Assembly (NCBI GenBank): GCA_051362555.1
Contig: CM120648.1
Coordinates: 19,092,587 to 19,156,586, forward strand
DNA: 64,000 nucleotides
Source: Lingula anatina
Taxonomy: Eukaryota; Animalia; Brachiopoda
Direction: 5' to 3'
Shown: piece after piece, positions 59,014 through 64,000 of the stretch
Position numbering within the stretch: position 1 is the stretch's first letter
How the letters are laid out: each line of letters opens with the position of its first letter
Notes under the pieces: generated by a model
Told to the model about the DNA's origin: nothing
Database searches by the model: none
Seen by the model: the letters and a program-made list of their open reading frames with translations, nothing else
Program-made: the position numbers and the translations under genes

Positions 59014-59843
59014 TGTAGCCACTTGCAATACTCACACACAACAACAACAGCTTTGCGTCGTTTTTACTGATTTATTAAACCTTAAACCGTCAACTGAAAA
59101 AAAAAAATAATTGAAATAAAATATGAAAATCATCTCATATTCTTGCCCTAGTTCTTTTATATAATGCTATTAAGTCACTTAAATAACATCTTTACTTAAC
59201 AGTTGCATGTTATCCTATCTTTATCTCCAAAATATAAGTAACTCTTACTGACTTTGGGCTATTCTAGTGTAATGCAAGCGACTGGGTTCTAAATGATTGT
59301 GTAGTAAATCTCATCTGGCGCAACTAACACAATGAAAAAATACGCTTTTAAAAATAACATTGATTACGAACATAAAACAAACAATCTTTAACTCGCAACT
59401 AGTACAGCTACATTCTCGTTTCTAAACAATACACTACACTTTACTGAACTTTCTTTACTCCAATACTGAAAGGCACAGTGATTGTGTTACATGTACTGTG
59501 CATTGTACATCAGACCGGCATTTCTAACGCTACTCAAAGTTGCAGTTTACAATGGAAAACTAATTTTATCTTCTCGCAATTATCTTTAAATGAACTTTCA
59601 TAACTTAAAATTAATTGCTAACCTTATGGGCCAGATTCCTGTTACAAAAACACTTGTAATTACGGCTGTCTCAGCATTTAATATCAGCCGATCTCATTCC
59701 ACATGGAATCACATTCTATCCCATCATTATCATAAGCGCGCTAAAAACAATTGTTATTCAACACCGATGCGACAAACAAGTGAGTAGCGCGTCCGAAGTA
59801 AAGAAATAAGATTTATCTATAAAACACTGCTCTGGCAGTAACA
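59014..59843 (-). repeat. 3' LTR of the BEL/Pao element (~830 bp)
   Basis: Starts TGTTAC right after the PPT, ends ...CTACA; AATAAA at 59076-59071 on the - strand. Partner LTR not in the window. Confidence 0.7.
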
Positions 59844-60043
59844 CTCCCCAGCCAAAATCTAATTGATTTTCTATACAAACAAACAAAACTAACTTTCACA
59901 TGAAACAATGTAACTGGTAAACTGTAACTATTAACTCACTATACAATAGCTTTGGTACTCCCAAATACCATTAGATCTTCACTTATAAGTTCTTGAACAT
60001 CATGTATCACAAAACCATACTCGAACCTTATTCTATGGGAAAC

Positions 60044-63000
60044 TTACAACTTATCCCCTTCTAACAACAAAACTAGTTTATGGATTGGACGTTCTAATAT
60101 AGTAGACGTAGAGGAGGGGATGCCTTTGGCAGAAAGATCACGATTCCCCAAATGAATCTTCACTCTGCGAACTAATCCGTCCTCATCTATGCTCGCCTCT
60201 GTCACTCTGGCAAGTCGCCAGTCTCCTCTGTATAATCCTTCATCTTTGAGCAAAACAATGTCTCCCACTCCTAGGTTTCTTCGTTTCCCATTCCACTTTG
60301 TTCGTTGTTGCTGATTAAGAAGGTATTCCTTCCTCCAGCGACTCCAGAAATTATCCGCTAACACTTGTACTTGGCGCCATCTTTGCCTTGCATACAGGTG
60401 CTCAGGTCCAAACTCTCCCAATGGCAATATTACCTTTGGCTTCATTGTCAACAAATGGTTCGCAGTAAGTGATTCTGGACCAAGTGGATCATGTAGGTTC
60501 TGTACGGTCAAAGGTCGACAGTTAATAATGGCCATGACTTCATATAGGAAGGTTCTTAAGGTGGTTGTGTCAATACGAGAACCATGTTGCTCCAACATTG
60601 CTGCTAGTATACTTCTGATGGTTCTAATGTGTCGCTCCCACACACCTCCCATATGGCTTGAGTGTGGGCTGTTAAACACAAAATCACACTTGTTCTCAAT
60701 CATAAATTTCTTCAATTCGTCATTTTTGACCTCTTCTAGTGATTTATCTAAAAGCACTCTTGCTCCGATAAAATTTGATCCCTGATCACATCTGATTTGC
60801 CGTATGGGACCCCTCAAAGCCATCACACATCTTAAAGCATTTATGAAACTATCTGTCGTCATGTCATCCAGGCATTCGATGTGTACTGCTCTCGACGCCA
60901 TGCAGGTCACTATCAATCCATATCGCTTAACTTCACGACGACCTTCTTTCACAGGGAAGGGGCCAAAGCAATCAATGCCGCAGTAACTGAATGGGGGTGA
61001 AGGTTCTGTTCGATCCCTTGGTAAATCTGACATCCTCTGTTCTTCACTTTTGCCCCTGTTTTTTCTACAGGTTACACATCTGTGTATTGCAGAAGCAACC
61101 GTCTTGCCTATACCAATGATATAGTACCCTTGGCAACGTATCTCATTCAGAGTAAAACCTCTTCCCTGGTGGGCTACCTTCTGATGGCAATGACGCACAA
61201 TTAGGTCTACAATATGTCCTGACTTTGGCAAAATTACAGGGTGTTGTACTTCGTAAGACAGTGAGGATCGTGTCAGACGTCCTCCTACTCGCAGGGTTCC
61301 TTCTTCGTCAATATAAGGATCCAGCTTGGAGAGAGGGTTTTTCTTCGGAAGCGATCCATCTTTGATTTGCCTAATTTCGTCTTGGAACCGTTCAGCCTGA
61401 AGCAGCTTAAGAATAGTAAGTTCAGCCTTTCGTCGGTCAGCAGACAATGATGAACCCATTTTGAGTAGACGTTTTCTAATGGTTGTCACTGCTGTAATGG
61501 CATTGGTCCAGGATGAAAATCTATTGAACTTCTGTGTAAATGTTCCTGCCTTTTCTGTAGTCTCCACTGCATTTACTGTTGCTTTCTTCAACTCTGGATC
61601 ATTTGGATCAACCTCTGGATTTTCTTCTACCATGCTTAGAACTGGGTTTCTCAGGAATTCTGGGCCTTTAAACCAATTTGATGCCATCAGTTCCTCTGGA
61701 TACAGCCCTCTAGAAGCATGGTCGGCCGGGTTATCATTGGTTGGCACGTAGTGCCACTGACTAGGGTCAGAAGCGTTTTGAATCGTCTGAATCCTGTTGG
61801 CTACGAAGACATGAAATCTTCTTACATTGTTCTTCAAATATCCTAGCACTATCTTGGAGTCTGTCCAGAAATACTCCTTGAGGTTTTCATAGGTTATTTC
61901 AGACTTCAGCAGAGTACTCATCTTGGTCGACATTGTGGCTGCTGTAAGCTCTAATCTCGGAATTGTAGTAATCTTGAGTGGCGCGACTCGAGATTTGCCC
62001 AACATGATACAGCAGTGGCACTCGTTTTTGTTATTCACTACTCGAAGGTAGGAGCATTGGCCATATCCTCTGGTACTTGCGTCTGAAAAGTGGTGTATCT
62101 CTGCTGTGACAATTTTTCCAAAGTCTTGGGGAATATAGCATCTTGATAAATGAATTTCCGCTAGCTTTGGCAATTCACGCAGCCATTTCTCCCATCTTGG
62201 TCTGAGTTCTTCTGATATTGGATCATCCCAGCTGGCTTTGGACGCACACATCTCCTGCAGTATCTGTTTGCCTAATAGGATAAATGGTGCTATACAACCC
62301 AGGGGATCATAGACAGAGTCAACAGTCGAAAGAATTCCTCTTCTAGTCATCGGTCTTTCATTCAGTGTTAACTGAAAGCTGAGCTGGTCGCTATGGGTAT
62401 CCCACTGAATTCCCAATACTCTCTCTGTGGCAGGTAAAGGCAAATCAACAGTGGTGCTCTGTGTCCCTCTTTCTGATACGGGAATACTCTCCAAAACTTC
62501 TTGGTTGTTGCTAATAAACTTGTGAAGTCTTATATTTGCTTTCTGAAATAGCTGACGTACGCCTTCAATAAGCTGCTTTGCCTCCTCAGCAGAATCAATG
62601 CTTAATAACAAGTCGTCTACGTAAAGGCAATTACCAGCTACCCAGCAAACCTTCTCATCAAATTCTTCTCCATGGTCTTCAACCAGTTGTTTCAAAGCAA
62701 AGTTAGCACACGCAGGGGAACTGGCAGCTCCAAACAGGTGAACTGTCATCCTAAATAGCTTAGGTGTGCCTTCTAGGTCTCCATCCCACCACAGGAACTG
62801 GAAGTAGTTACGATCTCGTGGGTCTACCTTGAACCGATAAAACATTCGTTCTATGTCTCCTACCACGGCTACTGATCCCTCTCTGAATCTCAGGAGACAT
62901 CCTATCAGACTGTTGGTGAGGTCTGGACCTGAGATGAGGTTCTCATTCAGGTTAATGTTCTTATATCTCGCTGCGCAGTCAAATACTACCCTGAGCTTTC

Positions 63001-64000
63001 CTTTACGTTTATGGTAAACTCCATGGTGCGGCACGACCCATCTGTGTCCTCCAGCTACATCTTTGTCTGGAACAGGTTCAGCTTCTCCGCTTTCTATCAT
63101 CGTGTCCATGAACTTCTTATATTCGGCGGCAAATTCTTTGTTTGCAAATTTCTTTCTCAGATGCTCAAGTCTTCTCATGGCCATGGGCATGTTGTCAGGC
63201 AACTGTGGGGCATCAGTTCTAAATGGTAGAGGCATGGTATAGAAATTGTCTTGGTCTTGATAGATTGTGTCTTTCATCTTCCTTAAGAACTTCAAGTCAT
63301 CCTGGGACAAGGACTCTTCTGACTTGTGCTCATCCCTGAAGTCCGCTTCCAGTAACTGAATTATCTCTGGCTCAGTTACTGTCTCTTTAACCTTTGTTCT
63401 GTGGACAAAAGTCACTTCTCCTCTATCATCGACTCTCAAATCCTTTTGTATTTCTTTCCTCATCACTCTGTGACTGAGGTGATATTCATCTGTGTCTTCT
63501 CGTCCGGTCCTTCCCACGACGCTCCATCCCAGGGGTGTCTGTACTCCATAGGGTTCCTCGTTTGCTCCTACTCTGACACTAAGGGGTACCAATGCACGAG
63601 AGCAGTTGTAACCTATAAGTAAACCTGCGTCGCAATTCTGGAGCGGTGCAATTTGGCTCTGTATATTTTGCAGGTGATTCCATCTTCTCGCATCCGATGG
63701 TCTAGGTACATGTTTCTTGTTGAATGGTATGTTTTCTCTTGTATAACAGGTTGGTAGTGCTATAGTTTCTGTTAAGTTAAGACCTCTTACAGTCAATCCT
63801 GGAACCTTTGAAGTTTTGACTACATAGCTGGAGTTGACTGTTGAAATCCTGATACTTGTAGGTATGCTTTCTGCATTCAGCTTGGCTGCTAACTCGTCGC
63901 TAATGAACGTAACATCACTTTGACTATCTAGAAGAGCATATGTCAGGATTTCATTCCCGGAATTTCCTACAGATACATAGACTGGAATTGTCATCGAACT
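60044..64000 (-). CDS. pol: BEL/Pao Gag-Pol, 3' part (protease, RT, RNase H, integrase)
   Basis: ALLDSQSDVT; KLRVVFDCAA, HLFGAASSP, LYVDD; HHFSDAS, TIPRLEL, FWTDS, NPADHASRG; H..H..CVTC, DCFGP, DQG, GGVWER, RPIHKLVLL. More than 1316 codons without interruption. Confidence 0.95.
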   Translation of the reverse strand, partial: SSMTIPVYVSVGNSGNEILTYALLDSQSDVTFISDELAAKLNAESIPTSIRISTVNSSYVVKTSKVPGLTVRGLNLTETIALPTCYTRENIPFNKKHVPRPSDARRWNHLQNIQSQIAPLQNCDAGLLIGYNCSRALVPLSVRVGANEEPYGVQTPLGWSVVGRTGREDTDEYHLSHRVMRKEIQKDLRVDDRGEVTFVHRTKVKETVTEPEIIQLLEADFRDEHKSEESLSQDDLKFLRKMKDTIYQDQDNFYTMPLPFRTDAPQLPDNMPMAMRRLEHLRKKFANKEFAAEYKKFMDTMIESGEAEPVPDKDVAGGHRWVVPHHGVYHKRKGKLRVVFDCAARYKNINLNENLISGPDLTNSLIGCLLRFREGSVAVVGDIERMFYRFKVDPRDRNYFQFLWWDGDLEGTPKLFRMTVHLFGAASSPACANFALKQLVEDHGEEFDEKVCWVAGNCLYVDDLLLSIDSAEEAKQLIEGVRQLFQKANIRLHKFISNNQEVLESIPVSERGTQSTTVDLPLPATERVLGIQWDTHSDQLSFQLTLNERPMTRRGILSTVDSVYDPLGCIAPFILLGKQILQEMCASKASWDDPISEELRPRWEKWLRELPKLAEIHLSRCYIPQDFGKIVTAEIHHFSDASTRGYGQCSYLRVVNNKNECHCCIMLGKSRVAPLKITTIPRLELTAATMSTKMSTLLKSEITYENLKEYFWTDSKIVLGYLKNNVRRFHVFVANRIQTIQNASDPSQWHYVPTNDNPADHASRGLYPEELMASNWFKGPEFLRNPVLSMVEENPEVDPNDPELKKATVNAVETTEKAGTFTQKFNRFSSWTNAITAVTTIRKRLLKMGSSLSADRRKAELTILKLLQAERFQDEIRQIKDGSLPKKNPLSKLDPYIDEEGTLRVGGRLTRSSLSYEVQHPVILPKSGHIVDLIVRHCHQKVAHQGRGFTLNEIRCQGYYIIGIGKTVASAIHRCVTCRKNRGKSEEQRMSDLPRDRTEPSPPFSYCGIDCFGPFPVKEGRREVKRYGLIVTCMASRAVHIECLDDMTTDSFINALRCVMALRGPIRQIRCDQGSNFIGARVLLDKSLEEVKNDELKKFMIENKCDFVFNSPHSSHMGGVWERHIRTIRSILAAMLEQHGSRIDTTTLRTFLYEVMAIINCRPLTVQNLHDPLGPESLTANHLLTMKPKVILPLGEFGPEHLYARQRWRQVQVLADNFWSRWRKEYLLNQQQRTKWNGKRRNLGVGDIVLLKDEGLYRGDWRLARVTEASIDEDGLVRRVKIHLGNRDLSAKGIPSSTSTILERPIHKLVLLLEGDKL

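Larger units (their letters stand above)
59014..64000 (-). mobile_element. BEL/Pao LTR retrotransposon (continues beyond the window)
   Basis: Pao-type pol ORF; PPT TGGCTGGGGAG (59844-54, - strand); candidate 3' LTR 59843-59014. Confidence 0.92.

Overview
AT-rich, intron- and repeat-rich animal DNA, probably a lophotrochozoan invertebrate (inferred from the TE families and the NHL/ROCO/DZIP3-HEPN content). No prokaryotic features, rRNA, tRNA or CRISPR were found. (1) 1-~9755: a Gypsy LTR retrotransposon (gag, -1 frameshift signal, PR-RT-RH-IN). Its integrase ends in a PHD finger and is followed, where env would be, by a 763-aa C2H2 + TatD nuclease protein. Its 3' LTR abuts an NHL-repeat exon. 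(2) A + strand host gene rebuilt by hand from 9 phase-compatible exons (24076-54100), encoding ROC GTPase - COR - DZIP3-type HEPN - C-terminal TM helix. It may begin with the NHL exon (phase-1 donor at 10332). (3) Its introns hold Helentron/HINE-type elements with 160- and 146-bp tandem cores, Kolobok, Harbinger and TA-target MITEs, and a full-length L1/Tx1 LINE. The LINE's ORF1 ends in an IMPACT/UPF0029-like domain, and the LINE itself contains an EnSpm-like MITE with a decayed LTR element inside. (4) The last three exons of a DIS3L2 homologue on the - strand, with one splice acceptor amplified 12 times by a 67-bp minisatellite. (5) A BEL/Pao LTR retrotransposon (- strand) with an uninterrupted ORF, running off the right edge. 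All domain calls come from motif recognition by eye; no database searches were run.
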